A stretch of 64,000 nucleotides of DNA from the NCBI GenBank assembly GCA_024137785.1, contig JAHRHZ010000002.1, positions 4,741,258 to 4,805,257 of the forward strand, written 5' to 3'. A model generated the notes under the pieces. It searched no databases. It saw nothing but the letters and a program-made list of their open reading frames with translations, and had not been told where the DNA came from. Both the position numbers and the translations under genes were made by a program. The stretch comes from Ginglymostoma cirratum. Taxonomy: Eukaryota. Positions within the stretch are counted from its first letter, which is position 1; every line of letters begins with the position of its first letter. Positions 13,600-26,900 of the stretch are shown piece by piece.

Positions 13600-14370
13600 T
13601 GTTCATATTTTTATTTGCATCTGCACTCTGTACATATCCTCTAAGGCCATCTGTTCAGAACTTGCCACTTAATGTGTTTTCCCTTATTTTGTTTGCCTTT
13701 CCGAAACACATCATCACACTTCTCCATATTGAACTCCACTTGTCACAGATCCACCAAACTAAGTATCTTCTTCAAATCTACACTTCTGTACTTCACAGAG
13801 AATCTGCTACCTCCTTAATCTTAGCCCCTACTTTCATGATCATTGATATACACCAGAAAAGGTACCTAGTACCCAAGCCCTGCGAAGCCCCACAAGAAAC
13901 AGGCTTCACTCTTCACCTTCCTGCTTCCTGCCACTCAGCCAATTCTGGATCCAATTGGCCAAATTTTCTTGGATCCCATGGGCACCTACTTTTGCTATCA
14001 TTCTTCCATGCAGGAACTTATCCAAAGCCTTTCTGAAGTCTAAGCAGACTATGTCAAACGTATAACACTCAACTACACACCTGGCCAGCTCTTTGAAAAA
14101 TTTAATCAAGTTTGTCAAACATAACCTCCCCTTGACAAAACAATGCTGACTGTTCTTGATTAATCCCTTCCTCTCCAATTGCCGATTAATTCTCTCGCTC
14201 AGAATTGCTTCCAATAGTTACCCCAACATTGAGGTTACACTGACAGTCTCTGGTTTCCTTACTTAACCCTTGTTCCCTTCTTGAACAGTGGTACCGCATT
14301 GGATCTACTCCGGTCTTCTGGCACCTATCCTGTGGCAAGAGAGGAATTGAAAATTGTACTAAAGTAAGAA
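13600..14370 (-). mobile_element. CR1 LINE RT fragment
   Basis: ORF 13906-14214 encodes SQHCFVKGRLCLTNLIKFF...LDFRKALDK...WIQNWLSGRKQ. Confidence 0.85.
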
Positions 14371-16050
14371 CAATGCTAAATCCTCTTTTTGTCGAGGTGC
14401 CAGTTGCTGTTTCCCCTGCCTTCCACATAGTCTTAATACTTTCTCCCTTTTGTCTCCAAATATTCTTCCAACTATACTTGGTGTTGATCTGATCAGTGAA
14501 TGTGCTGGATAGCTTTGATATGCCCTGTGCCAGCATCAAGCTCATACAGTGAGCAGATGGCTCAAGCTCTATTCATGAGATTGCAGACATGATTGATTTT
14601 GCAGTGTGTGGGGCTATAGGAATCCCAACATGTGATTGATAGGAGTAGAAAATCCATTGGCGAATTTCTGAATGAACATTTTGAAGAAAGGGACCTTGTT
14701 GGATTGACCCATTTTAATGGTAAATCTGAGTGCAGTATGGTGTTTGGTAAATTATATCATGAAAACCTACAGGAATGCGAATGAAGACAGCTCCTGTCCG
14801 TCATTAAATGGTGGTGTTTCACATTCCTGTATGAACCATATGTTTCATCTTTCCTCTTTATATACTTTTAACATGTCCAAAAAATTTCACAACAATAAAA
14901 ATCCTTTTGAAAATCGTGGGAAAATATGTGAATTGTGTTTACCAGGGGAACATATAAAAAGTGAATTATTGCTGTTAATGAGATTGCTTCATGATGTATA
15001 GTCTGATTTACCATCTGATAGGTTATATATTCCAACAGATTTCGAATTCCACGGTTGCTTTACATACTGATGGCCAGGAAAAGTGTTCTGCCTAGAATGC
15101 AGATCAGGCTACATGATCAGATTTTATACATTTCCAGTCACACTCTGATTTGGAGGGATTCTGAGCGTACTGAGTGTGGAAAAAGTGTCAGTGTAAAAGC
15201 ATATTCAGTCACTTTGTAATAAAATAGTAATATATGGGTTACTTAGTAAGGTGAGACATCAATCCTCTAGTAAATTAATCACTTGTGCAGTTTTGTGCAG
15301 GTATTTAATTGTTGTTAAAGTTGACACTCAGGTTGATTAATTAACATATTTTATTGACATGCAAGTGATATTTGATTAAAGTTAATACAATTTTAAAGTA
15401 AATGATAGAGTACAGATGTCTCATGGACTAGAAACAATTGTTGTAAGATTATAGAAATTAATTCAATTCAAACAAAGCTGGTGAGCAGAATTCAAGAGTA
15501 TATTTATTGTGGAATTAAACTCCCAAATGGATGCAAAAATAAGTTTAGGGTGAATTTTAAACAATATTGCTTTATTCAATAGTTTTAAGTTTTAGCAACA
15601 AGATAACATTGCCTGGAATCACATATTGTCTAATAATTGAACATAAGCAACATCATTTGTAATTCCCTGTTTAAGTACTTGATTTTAATGTCTGGAACCA
15701 TAAAATTATAATTTATAAGTATTAGAATAATCTAGCAAAAATATTAATGTAATGCATTACGATGTTTGAAACCTGTTGTTAGTTGCTGATTTTAAGCCAA
15801 AAGGCCAAAGTTTTGATGCAGGTATCAATAGGAATATTCCAGCTTCTGAGTTATTAGTTGGCATTTCTGAAGTTCTTTTAAGAAAATTGTTTCTGGTTGA
15901 TGTGTTTATACTTTAAACACAAATTGCTGTAAACTTCTGTTGTATAGTTCACTGGTTGCAGTTAATTTCTGTGTCCCTTCAGCCCTCCACTCTGGTGACA
16001 TACAGCACTGTGATATGAGATGCTCAAGTTTGTACAATTACACAGGACAT

Positions 16051-17653
16051 TGGAATAACTCCATTGAGGCTGGTATCCTGTCACCAAGTCATCCTTTATT
16101 TACACATGTAGGGTTGCTTTGTCTCCTTTCAAAGTCCCTAGCCCTTCCTGAATAACCTCTGAGTATTTAATTAGGACTTCTCTCAGGCAGCCATTTCCAA
16201 ATCGAAAAATATTGGGCTAATCTAGGTGAATCTTGTCAACCAATTTCGCCCCTTCAGGCTTGAGCCTGAGCCTTTTACTACAATTATTGGTAACTGAACC
16301 AGCTGCTTTTCAGAAGAGACTGGACCCAAAGTTGTTCCTTTAACATGTAGAGGTTCTTAGCCTAGTTGAGGTCTTAGTCAAACTTAAGGGTTGGAGTGCA
16401 GAGGGAATTTTGTTAAAGACAGGTTCTGCAGTCACTGGGACAGCCATGCCAGTATCAACCTCCATTAAAACCAGGTGACCATTTAACCAGATGTTGATTT
16501 TGACTGGTTCTGTTTTGGATGTTGTTAAGTGAGGCAACTGTTCCAACTCAGATATAGGTGGACTTTCCAGGGTGTGTGCTCTCCTAGATACCGGCTTATG
16601 AGTTCTCTTGCTTAATTTAGGCCAAGTGGGACTCTTTTGCTGTCTCAAGTCCGTATACTGACAGCGACTACAATGGCCTGCTGGTCCAGATCCTGAAGAA
16701 AATTTTAACCATTTGGCCGAGGCTTTGCTTTGTTTTGGGGTTTTACTGTGAGCTGACCTTGAGTTCCTCTTATTAGGGTATGTCCTGAGTGCGGCTATGG
16801 AATTGTCTTCACTTAAGTGGTGTCCCAAGCTCAGTCAGACTAACAAGGATGCCCACTGCCATCAGGATACCCTGTAACTCGTAAGCTTCACTTGCCGCAT
16901 TTTCTAATGACAAAGCCAGTTGTGGTGCCTGTTTGAAGTCCAGTTTGGCTTCAGCTAATAGGTGCTTTTGCATGGTTACATTATTAATCCCATATACCAA
17001 ATTGTCTCTCAGCATCTCATTACAGTTTCAATCAAAGTCACATGTCTCTGCCAGTCATCTTAACCTTATCAAAAATCCCAATATGGATTCTCTGGTTCTC
17101 AAACTGCCGAGTAAAACCAATAGCTTCTCAGAATTAGAGGAGGATTGGAGTCGTAATGTTCCTTAATTAAATCCACCAACTCTTGAAAAGCTTTAGTATC
17201 TGCTGCCTCAGGAAACATTAGGCTCCTAATAACCGAAAAAAACTGCAGGTCCACAAGTTGTCAGAAGAATTACTTGTTGCTTTTCATCTGCCCCAATGTC
17301 ATTACCCTGGAAAATATAATGCATGCTTTCCACATACTGCGCCCAGTCTACGACGGCAGCGTGGAACAAGTCAAGGTTCCCAAATAACAGCATAATGACA
17401 GAAATGCTTACCCGAACTCAAAGACGACTATTGCAAGTGAATTTCTTCAGGAGCAATTTTTCTCTTGTCGTCACTGATATTAATCCAAATAGACTGGTAT
17501 CCCATCGCCAAGTCACCCTTTACTTACTGATCCTCCAACACTCCTGTTCTTATCTGTCAGTGAGGGCTTCCTGATTGGACCAGGTTAACAGCCCCAATCA
17601 GGGAACTCATATTTTATGAGGTCCACCTGGCTGATCTTATTACAATCACTACA
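16051..17653 (-). mobile_element. Internally deleted Ty3/Gypsy (Mag-like) LTR retrotransposon
   Basis: TG...CA ends with 5-bp TSD gacat (16046-16050 and 17654-17658). 5' LTR ~17475-17653 followed by PBS-like tgacgacaag; 3' LTR remnant 16051-~16110. Gag remnant LRDNLVYGINN...KHLLAE and protease LMEVDTG. Empty site gatat at 44361-44365 in the paralog. Confidence 0.9.
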
Positions 17654-18598
17654 GACATCACAGCACAAAAAACAATATTGTCTATAATTTATTGGCTGGA
17701 TCTACAGTACAGATATTCACAGCATATCCTTCCCCCAACTGTTAACTCTTTAAATCAAATAATTCGTAGTGATAGAACTTTCAATTTGTTATTTCAAGCA
17801 CTGTTTGTTAATCTTTTCATTCTGAAAAGTAACAGTTCCCAACTCCTCTGTGGTATCTGTCTCCTTAAACACCCAAATAATTCCAAGCAGAGAATACTCA
17901 TTATTTGAAATGTTAATTCCTTCAGAGCTTCCTTTACCCAAATGATAACTCCCTGCAGAATATTCAGTGCATGGGAGCACAGCACATTCATCGCTTGTGC
18001 TACACGTATCAGTAATACTCATCAAAACTGTCTTTGTCCTTTACATGGAGCATCAGAGTCATGCCCCAATATTGACGTGGTACCTCCTGTGCTGCACAAT
18101 TTCCAATCTAGATCTTTTTGTGATGATCTTTCCTCTCACTGTTTGAAAACCTTAAAAAATGTTTTCCAATTCAGTATTTGTGAATAGCTTCTCTTGAAAT
18201 ACAATTGTAAATGTGATCAAACCTTCCTTTCCCTTGCGAACACAGCTCGCCATCCACATCAATTTCAATTTCTATGTCCCTTGCAATTATTGTCAGTCCC
18301 TCCAAATTCTGGGGAGGGGTAGGGCACAAATTAGTCTTGTGTTAGTCAGTTAGAAGAGGGACCTTTCTCAAAGTAGATTGCGCTGTTTCAATAAACTCTG
18401 TATTGACCCTTGTTCCTCATTGGTGGTAAAGGACTTTGTAACGTTGCTATCTAGATGACGTTGCACTGTGTTTACATCAGAAACATTGCTTGCAGGATTT
18501 AATGTGTCTGTTTTTGATGGACTCTCTTTTCCATTTGTGGCATCATTCCCTTGCTCCAGGTCATGTGGACCATTTGACTCTCTTTGTAAGGGTTGTGT

Positions 18599-18699
18599 TT
18601 AGAGCTCGGGCTCAGATATGCTCATCAGCTTCAGTTCCACATTATTCTCCATGACTTCCTGCTGAAGGACAGTGGGCCTGGTCTCCAGAATGGGATGAG
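18599..18699 (-). CDS. MHC class I-like gene A, terminal cytoplasmic exon (to TAA; frame stays open to TGA at 18368-18370)
   Basis: The acceptor ttttcattaatttcag| is conserved in both paralogs. The phase-1 frame gives (A)HPILETRPTVLQQEVMENNVELKLMSISEPEL*; the other two frames close earlier. Splicing to the TM exon is inferred. Confidence 0.7.
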
Positions 18700-18864
18700 C
18701 TGAAATTAATGAAAATATTAAACATATCAATTGAATTATAATTGAGAAAAGTATAATTGTGGCCATCAACTGGTCAGTAACAGTAATATGGAACTATAAC
18801 TTTTTAATGTCCTTTTCCAGGATTTATGTAGAACAGCTGCTGTGGATTTCCTTTTTAATATGTC

Positions 18865-19670
18865 CACTGATTTTCGTCATTTGTAGAAATGATTTGGATG
18901 TGAGTATAGGAGGTATGGTTAGTAAGTTTGCAGATAACACTAAAATTAAGTGGTTTAGTTGACGGTGAAGGTTATGTCAGAGTACAATGGGACCTTGATC
19001 GGATGGGACAAGGGGCCGAGGAGTAGCAGATGGAGTTTAATTTAGATAAATGTGGTGAGGCAAACCAGAGTAAGACTTGTACAGTAAATGGTAGGGCTGT
19101 GGGGAATGTTGCAGCACAAAAAGACCCTGGGAGGGCAGGTGCATACTTCCTTGAAATGATGTAGCTAAACTTGACAGGGTGCAGAAAAGATTTCTTAGGA
19201 TGTTGCCAGGATTGGAGGATTTGATCTATCGGGAGAGGCTGAGGCTTTTTTCCCTCGAGCGTTGGAGGCTGAAGGGTGACCTTACAGAGGTTTATAAAAT
19301 CATGAAGGGGAATCGATAGGGTGAATAGCCAAGGTCTTTTTCCTAGGCTGGAGGAGTCCAAAACTAGACGGCATAGATTTAAGGTGAGAGGGGAAGGATT
19401 TAAATAGGACCTAAGGGGCAATGATCTCATGCAGAGGCTGGTGCGTGTATGGAATGAGCTGCCAAAGGAAGTGGTGGAGGCTGGTACAATATAATTACAA
19501 TAATTACAATATTTAAAAGGCATCTGGATAGGTATATGAAAAGGAAGGGTTTAGAGGGATATGGGCCAAATACTGGCAAATGGGACTGGATCAGATTGGG
19601 ATGTTTGGTTGGTGCAGACATGTTGGACCGAAGGGTCTGATTCCACGCTGCATGACTCTATGATTCTATT
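18865..19670 (+). mobile_element. CR1 LINE 3' fragment
   Basis: NDLDV...SKFADNTKI followed by the CR1 C-terminal and 3' UTR pattern. Confidence 0.85.
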
Positions 19671-20029
19671 GACGAGGACGTGGAGCTTTGATTACAGACC
19701 ATTCTGCACTACATGTTACCCCTGAGACAGGGGAGTTGGGTCAGACAGAAAGTGGATAAAACAAAATAAAGCAGCAAGACAGGGAGACTCAGTCTGTGTG
19801 TTGAGTATGTCGAAAGAAAAGTCAAAAGTGAAGTCACAGTGAAGCAAGATTGTTTGGTGATGATTTTGCTCATTTGTTTGTCAAATTTGTGTCATTCATT
19901 AGTAAGCATAACGTTTCATTAGTATCGGCAGCATTCACTTGCGGTAATAAAGCTCACAGGGAGTAGTAGACTTTATTAATTTCAAATGAATGAAAAAAAA
20001 TAAATTAATTAACACACAAGAAAGACAGC

Positions 20030-20540
20030 AGTTCAGTTTTGGTCACTTTGATATAGGAAAGATGTTATTAAACTGGAAAGAGCGCAGAAGAAATTTACAA
20101 GGACATTGCCAGGACTAAAGGGACTGAGTTATAGGGAGAGGTTGGACAAGCTAGGACCTTTTTTCTTTAGAGTGTAGGACACTGAGGGGGGAATCTTATA
20201 GAAGTGTATAAGATCATGAGAGGTACTGATAGTGTTGAATGTACTCAGTCTTCTTCCCAGGGATGAGGAATCGAGGACTAGAGGGCATCAGTTTGAGGTA
20301 AGAATACATGGGAACTTGAGGGACAATCTTTTTTACACAGAAGGTGGTACACATATGGAATGAGATGCCAATGGAAGTGGTTGAGACGGGTATATTAACA
20401 ACATTTAAAAGGAATTTGGACGAATACATGGATAGGAAAGGTTTAGAAGGATATGGCTCAAGTGCAGGGAAATGGGGTTTGCGTGGACGGACATTTTTGG
20501 TTCGCATGGACCAGTTTGGGCTGTAGGACCCTATGACTCT
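20030..20540 (+). mobile_element. CR1 LINE 3' fragment
   Basis: Same C-terminal and 3' UTR pattern. Confidence 0.8.
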
Positions 20541-22505
20541 GTGGCAGGCAATGTGACTGCAGAATTGCTCCTGGCAGTGTGATCCAGCACAACATGTCTC
20601 AGTAAGTGTCTGTGCCATGAACAGCTTCAGCTCAGAATCAGTGAGCTGGAGACTGAGCTGCTAACTCAGCGACACAACAGGGAGGGAGATGGACACTTCA
20701 TTCCAGGATGCAGTCACAGCCTTTTGGATAGGTTCTTCAATTTTGTCAGTGGTCGGGGCTAGGAGTACGTGACTGCGAGTGAGATGGGTAGAGGACCCTG
20801 AAGAGGAGCCTCAGCCTTCGTAACTGTCCAACAGGATCAGCGTTTTTACAAACTGTATGGATGGAAGCATGGGTTAGAGGGTCGATAAGCAAACTGACTA
20901 GGATGCCACTGAGGTGTGGAGAGTTAATGGGAATACAGTTGTGGTAGGGAACAGTATTTTCAGTGAGATAGACACAGTTTTCTGCAGTGAAAGTGAGAGT
21001 CCAGAGCATTATATTGCCTGCAGATACCTAGTGTCCGGAACAACAGCATAGGGTTGAAGAGGAACGTGGAGTGGGAGGGGAATGATCACAGTCATGCTCC
21101 ACATTGGCACCAACAGCACAGACAGGAGAGAGCTGTTTTTGAGGGACAATGAGCATTTTGTGGGAGCTGCATATTTGGTGCACCCTCACCTGAACTGCTG
21201 GGTCCATGTTCTGGTGAGTGCTATAAGCGAGAGACCCTGCTGTTTAGTTTAAGGCTAAGGGAGAAAGTTTAGAAAGATGTGAAAAATTAAGGCTGTGTTT
21301 GCTGACACTGTACATCTGTATTAATTCGGAAACACGCTTACACACAATTCCAGACCTGTTATATCATCATGTCAAGATTACATGTGATGTCATACACAAA
21401 GCCTGCAATGAGCATGTGCAGAGAAGAAGTTCGTGCGACTTTGAAACAGGGATCAGCAAGGAGGGAGGACACAGGACCAGGATGTGGTGGAAGTGAGGAC
21501 GTGATGGAGGTGAACGAGGACATGATGGGGAGTGGGAGGGAAATGAGGACATGAGGTGCTGGTTAATGAGCTAGTGGTGGTGTGGTTTGCAAGGAAGTCT
21601 TGGGGGGCATTGGGGAAGAGGAAGGAGTGAGTAAGCAGGTTGCAGGAAGCCTCCAGCCCTCCTCCTCCTATTTCTCCTCCTTCTATCCCTCCATTCATCT
21701 TTCCTTTACCTCACTCCTTCCTCCTCTCCCCATTTCCTGAGCATTGCGCTGCCTTCTGTCCCCCTCTACTGAGCATACCCCAAGCTTCCTTGTAATGTTA
21801 CCACCATCTCTCGGGTCCCGCTACCACTCCAACCAGGTCCTGTGACCACCCACCCCCACCCCCCCACTCCCCCATCTACCAGCTTCCTGGACCAATTCCT
21901 CCCTCAGGAAGGTCCCAGCACCACCCCTGTCTTGAAGCCTCTCCCCACTCCCCTCTCTTGGGTATTGGGCATTGTTTTCCCCCTCCATCCCCTAAAACTG
22001 TTTACATAGACACATGTGAATTAAAAGTAGCACCTAGCCTGCATGCATTGGTGTCAGCAAAAACAATCTTACATTAAATGGAGAATATAAAGCAGAGACC
22101 AAGACACCAATAATGGAAATTGTGATCAGGAAGGGTCAGAGTATACAAATTAGACGTCCACCAGCAGATGAAACTAGAAGTTACAAGAATATTAAAAAGA
22201 ACTAAAGGCTCCCTATCTGAATTCATGAAGTGTTTGTAACAGATTCAATGAATTGACAGCACAAATAGACACGATCTGACAGCTATTACAGAGACATGGT
22301 TGCAAGACGAAGAAGACCGGGACCTGTATATTCGAATGTGTAAAATGTACAATGGAGTGTCTAACATTAGAAGTGATTCTGCAATTGGACAGCATTTGTT
22401 AGATCAGAGATAATAGGAACTGCAGATGCTGGAGAATCGAGATAACAAGGTGTAGAGCTGGATGAACATAGCAGGCCAAGCAGCATCATAGGAGCAGGAA
22501 AGCTT

Positions 22506-22533
22506 GACGTTTCGGGCCGAGACCCTTCATCAG
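22506..22533 (-). ncRNA. Minimal hammerhead ribozyme motif in a solo pLTR (element ~22405-22555)
   Basis: Reverse complement is CTGATGA-agggtctcggccc-GAAAC-GTC. Confidence 0.7.
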
Positions 22534-23054
22534 AAATGGGGTTGGGGAAGAGGGTCCTATAATGCTGATTGTGCATGGAACTATGCTGACAACTAATTTA
22601 GGATTGTCAGTCAGACTTGCACACCTTCCTAGTTTGAAATTGAAATGAAGTCTGTCAGTTAACACTCAATCATCATTAATTGCTGCATTCTCCAAGCAAT
22701 GCCCCTACCAATCAGAGACACTTGCCAATGATCAGCACTGTTCTCTCATACACAATAAACATTTTCAGTAGTACTCAACTCTGTATTACCAAATGTCTAT
22801 TTGTATAGCTGAGGCAGTCACAATTGCAATGTCAACACAGCTCAACTTACATGTAAGTTAAGACAAAGTAAGCTTTCTATTGAAATTATTCAAAACATAA
22901 GGTTGTGCCAGGTTTCGTTTTCAAATGTATTGATAATGAGACAGAGTCCCATGACTGAATGGACATTTATGCAACATAAGATTGAACATTTGGTAATAGG
23001 CTTACCATTTCTCAAAGGGTAAGAAGATGGGAAGCGTTGAACTTCATCGGGACT

Positions 23055-23530
23055 TTAGAACATAGAACATAGAGCAATACAGCGCAGAACAGGCCCTTCG
23101 GCCCTTGATGTTGCGCCGACCTGTGAACTAATCTAAGCCCATCCCCCTACACTATCCCATCATCATCCATATGCTTATCCAAGGACTGTTTAAATGCCCC
23201 TAATGTGGCTGAGTTAACTACATTGGCAGGCAGGGCATTCCACGCCCTTACCACTCTCTGAGTAAAGAACCTGCCTCTGACATCTGTCTTAAATCTATCA
23301 CCCCTCAATTTGCAGCTATGCCCCCTCGTACTAGCCGACGTCATCATCCTGGGAAAAAGACTCTCACTGTCCACCCTATCTAATCCTCTGATCATTTTGT
23401 AGGTCTCTATTCAATCCCCTCTTAGCCTTCTTCTCTCCAATGAGAACAGACCCAAGTCCCTCAGTCTTTCCTCATAAGACCTTCGCTCCAGACCAGGCAA
23501 CATCCTGGTAAATCTCCTCTGCACCTTTTC
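23055..23530 (-). mobile_element. Young CR1 LINE 3' fragment with (tagaaca)n tail
   Basis: [39 protein letters not shown] / IRGLDRVDSESLFP...TRGH. Confidence 0.9.
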
Positions 23531-23827
23531 CTTGTTGTCCTTTTTCATGACTAACTGAAAGTTGACATAGCAAGTAATTAAAGCAAATGACACATTGTTC
23601 TTCAGTATAAGAGGATTTCAGTATAGGAGTAAAGATGCTTGACTACAATTCTATTGAGCCTTGGTGAGATGTCACTGGATTATCGTGTGCATTTTAGTTC
23701 TCTGTCCCAATGGAAAAATATACTTGTTGTAGATGGAAATCCAACAAAACTTTGCCAGATTAATACCTGAAATGGAATGATTGCTCCAGGGAGTAAAGTT
23801 AAGGAGACTGGGCCTTCATTCTCTTGA

Positions 23828-23995
23828 TAAAAACCGAAAGAACTGCGGATGCTGTAAATCAGGAACAGAAACAAAGTTGCTGGAAAAACGAGCAGGTTCT
23901 GGGGAAGGATCACCAGACCCAAAACGTTAACTCTGATATTTTCTTCACAGATGCTGCTAGACCTGCTGAGCTTTTCCAGCAACTTTGTTTTTGTT
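23828..23995. mobile_element. Miniature inverted pLTR element of a second Penelope subfamily
   Basis: Minus arm 23828-23897 and plus arm 23898-23995. Diverged 15-bp TSD at 23813-23827 and 23996-24010; empty site in the paralog near 47630-47645. The same subfamily occurs at 1-400 and 40480-40710. Confidence 0.7.
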
Positions 23996-26900
23996 CCTTT
24001 ATCCTCTTCAGTTTGGAAGAATCTGAGATGACCTCATTCAAACATAACACATTCTTCCAGGGCTCAACAGGTGGTAAATGGAGGGTAGCTGGGAGTTAGA
24101 AATTAAGACTGTGGGACTCGGTCTCAGAATAAGGGGCAACTCATCGAAGGCTGAGATGGGAAGGAATTATTTCACTCAGAGCCTGGTGATTCACTGCAAT
24201 TCACTATCCAAGAAGCTTGGGGAAAGCTCAGTTGTTGAGTATCTTAAGACTGAGATCAATAATTTTTGGCATATTAAAGAACACCAAGGGATATGGGGAC
24301 AGTGTAGGAAAATGGCACGGATAACGGCCAATGAATGATGGAGTGAGCCTGAAGGGCTGCCTCCCCTCATATTGTGTCTATTTTTCATGTTCTTAATCAT
24401 TGTACAGACTCAGTCTCTAGATGACCAATGCTCACCTTCCTTAATTTTTTCCTTTTTAAATATTTGTAAATGTCCTTACTATTTCTTTATTTCTAACTAG
24501 CATACTCTATTTTCCGTCCTCATTAAGATGTTAATTATTCTTTGCAGTACTTTGAAATCTATCCAATCTTCTGACTCACATTTCTGAATCTGGGCACATT
24601 TTGTTTCAATTTTAGACTATACTTAACTTCCTTCTGTTGGCTACAATGGCAGATTCCTCCTTTAGAATCTTACCTTCAGTGAGGAAAATATCGTAGTATT
24701 CTGAAATATCTCCATAAATGGTTGACACTGCATCTTCATTGACCTATCCCTAAACCTAATTTCTCTGTCTTCATGCCCCCAGTTCTATCCTTATTTAAGT
24801 TTAAAACACTACTCTTAGATCCACACTTCTCCTCAAATTGAATGGGATATATGATTATATTAGGACAACTGCTCCCTCAAAGCAACTCTATTCTGTGATT
24901 ATTAATTAATCCTGTCTCATTGCACATTAGCAGATTTAACCAAACTGCTCCCTGGTATTCTTTGTGACACACACCTCCATGAGACTGTCCCAAAAAACGT
25001 TTCATGAACTCCTCATTGATGCAATTTACCAATCTCAGTTACCTAACGTACTTATAGAACAAAACCATCTATGTTTACTGCTGTACCTTTCTCACAAGTC
25101 CAAAATATTTCTTCCTGTGTACCTCACCCTACAACTTGGTTGGTCTTGGGGAAAATCTAAACAAAACCTAGCTCTAAGCTGTCAATCATTCACTGCTAAA
25201 TTCTCCACTGCAGCATGTCCGTCAGAGTTTACTTGTCAACCAATGAGCACTCTTCTCTCATAAATGTTGTTTTCCCTTTACGTTGATATTCAGATGAATT
25301 GGCCTGATGAGTGCAAATGAAAATCTTCTCAAAATGTGTCGTTTTCTTCAGCAGTACTGAAGTTCTGAACTGAGATCACAACAAAGACCACACATTGGGA
25401 TATCAAAAACATAGTTCAACTTACAGTTAAGTTATGAACAGGTAAGTTTTAAATGTTTTTCTCAGGCTGTATTAAACCCAATTGTGTGCCAGTTTTCATT
25501 TCCAAATGTATTGCTAATGTGAAGGTGAGACCCAGTCCCAAGGCTGATGGATCTTTATGGTAGATCAGATGCAAGAAACACACTGTATTTCTGATCTTCC
25601 ACCAGTGTGGATAACCTTACATTTCTCCACGTTGCCTTCCACATGTGAATGTTTTTGTCTACTTACTTAGCCTTTGCAAATCACCTTGAAGCATCTTGCT
25701 CCCTTCTTATTGCGCTGTTTGCAAAGTTGGAAATATTAAATTTAATCTCACATCCTAATAGTAATATATATAGATTGTGCATAGCTAGGTCCCCAGCACA
25801 GATGCCTGCAGTCTCCCACTAATCACAGCCTACTAACCTGAATATGACCCTATTTACCCCTATTATTATGTATTTTCCGTCTGTAAACCAGTTCTCAACC
25901 CTTTCCAACATATTCCCCCAAATTCCATTAATAAAGCCAAATACTGAAAAGGTGGATGAATTGAGCAGATACTTTGTTTCTGTCTTTACTGTAGGGGATA
26001 AACAAAATCACCAAAATAATTGTGATTCAGGAGGTGAAAGGAGGAACTTAAAACAACGATGCTGAGCAAGCTATCAGAACAGACACCGACAAGCTCCCAG
26101 GTCACACAGTCAGAGATGCACAGCACAGAAACAGACCTTTCCGTCCAACTTGCCCATGCCAACCAGATATCCTAAATTAATCTGTCTCATTTGCTAGCAT
26201 TGGCCCATATCCCTGTAAACCCTTCCTATTCATATACCCATCAGATGCCTTTTAAATGTTGTAACTGTACCAGCCTCCATGACTTCCTCTGCTAGATCAT
26301 TCCATACATGCACCACCCTCTGCTTGAAAAAGTTGCCCCTTAGGTCCCTTTTAAATTTTTCTCTTCTCACCTTAAACCCATGCCCTCTAGTTTTGAAGTC
26401 CCCTAACCTCCTCATCCTAGGCTCTTAAAAGAAGTCATGTGAGATAAAATTGCATTAGTTTTAATTTCCCAAATTTCCTGAATTCTGTAAAGGTCTCATC
26501 AGATTAGAAGATAGTCCATATGACTCCTCCCTTCAAGAAGTGAGGGAGACAGAAGGAAGGAAACTACAGATCAGTAAGCCTAAGTCTGGCACAGGGAAAG
26601 TGCATTTTGAAAATCTCAGTGCAACCAGGCTGAGTAAATGTGCTTTTGTGAAAAGACAATCATGTTTGACTAGTATATTTCTTTGAATTCTTTAAGTGAC
26701 AAGCAACTGGTTGAAGGGAAAGTTGTGGATGTTGTGTCCTCAGGTTCCCAGAAGGCATTTCACAAGACACCACATCACAGGTTACTATGCTCATGGTGTA
26801 GATGGTAACATGTTGGTTAGCATAGACAGAGGATTGACTACCTAAGAGGAAAATTAGATAATGCAAAAATATGTCATTTTCAGATTAGCAATAGGTAACA

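Noticed and set aside
18368-18420. Canonical [DE]xxxL[LI] endocytosis motif in the tail extension
   Set aside because: A conserved LL is present, but no acidic residue sits at the required -4 position in either copy.
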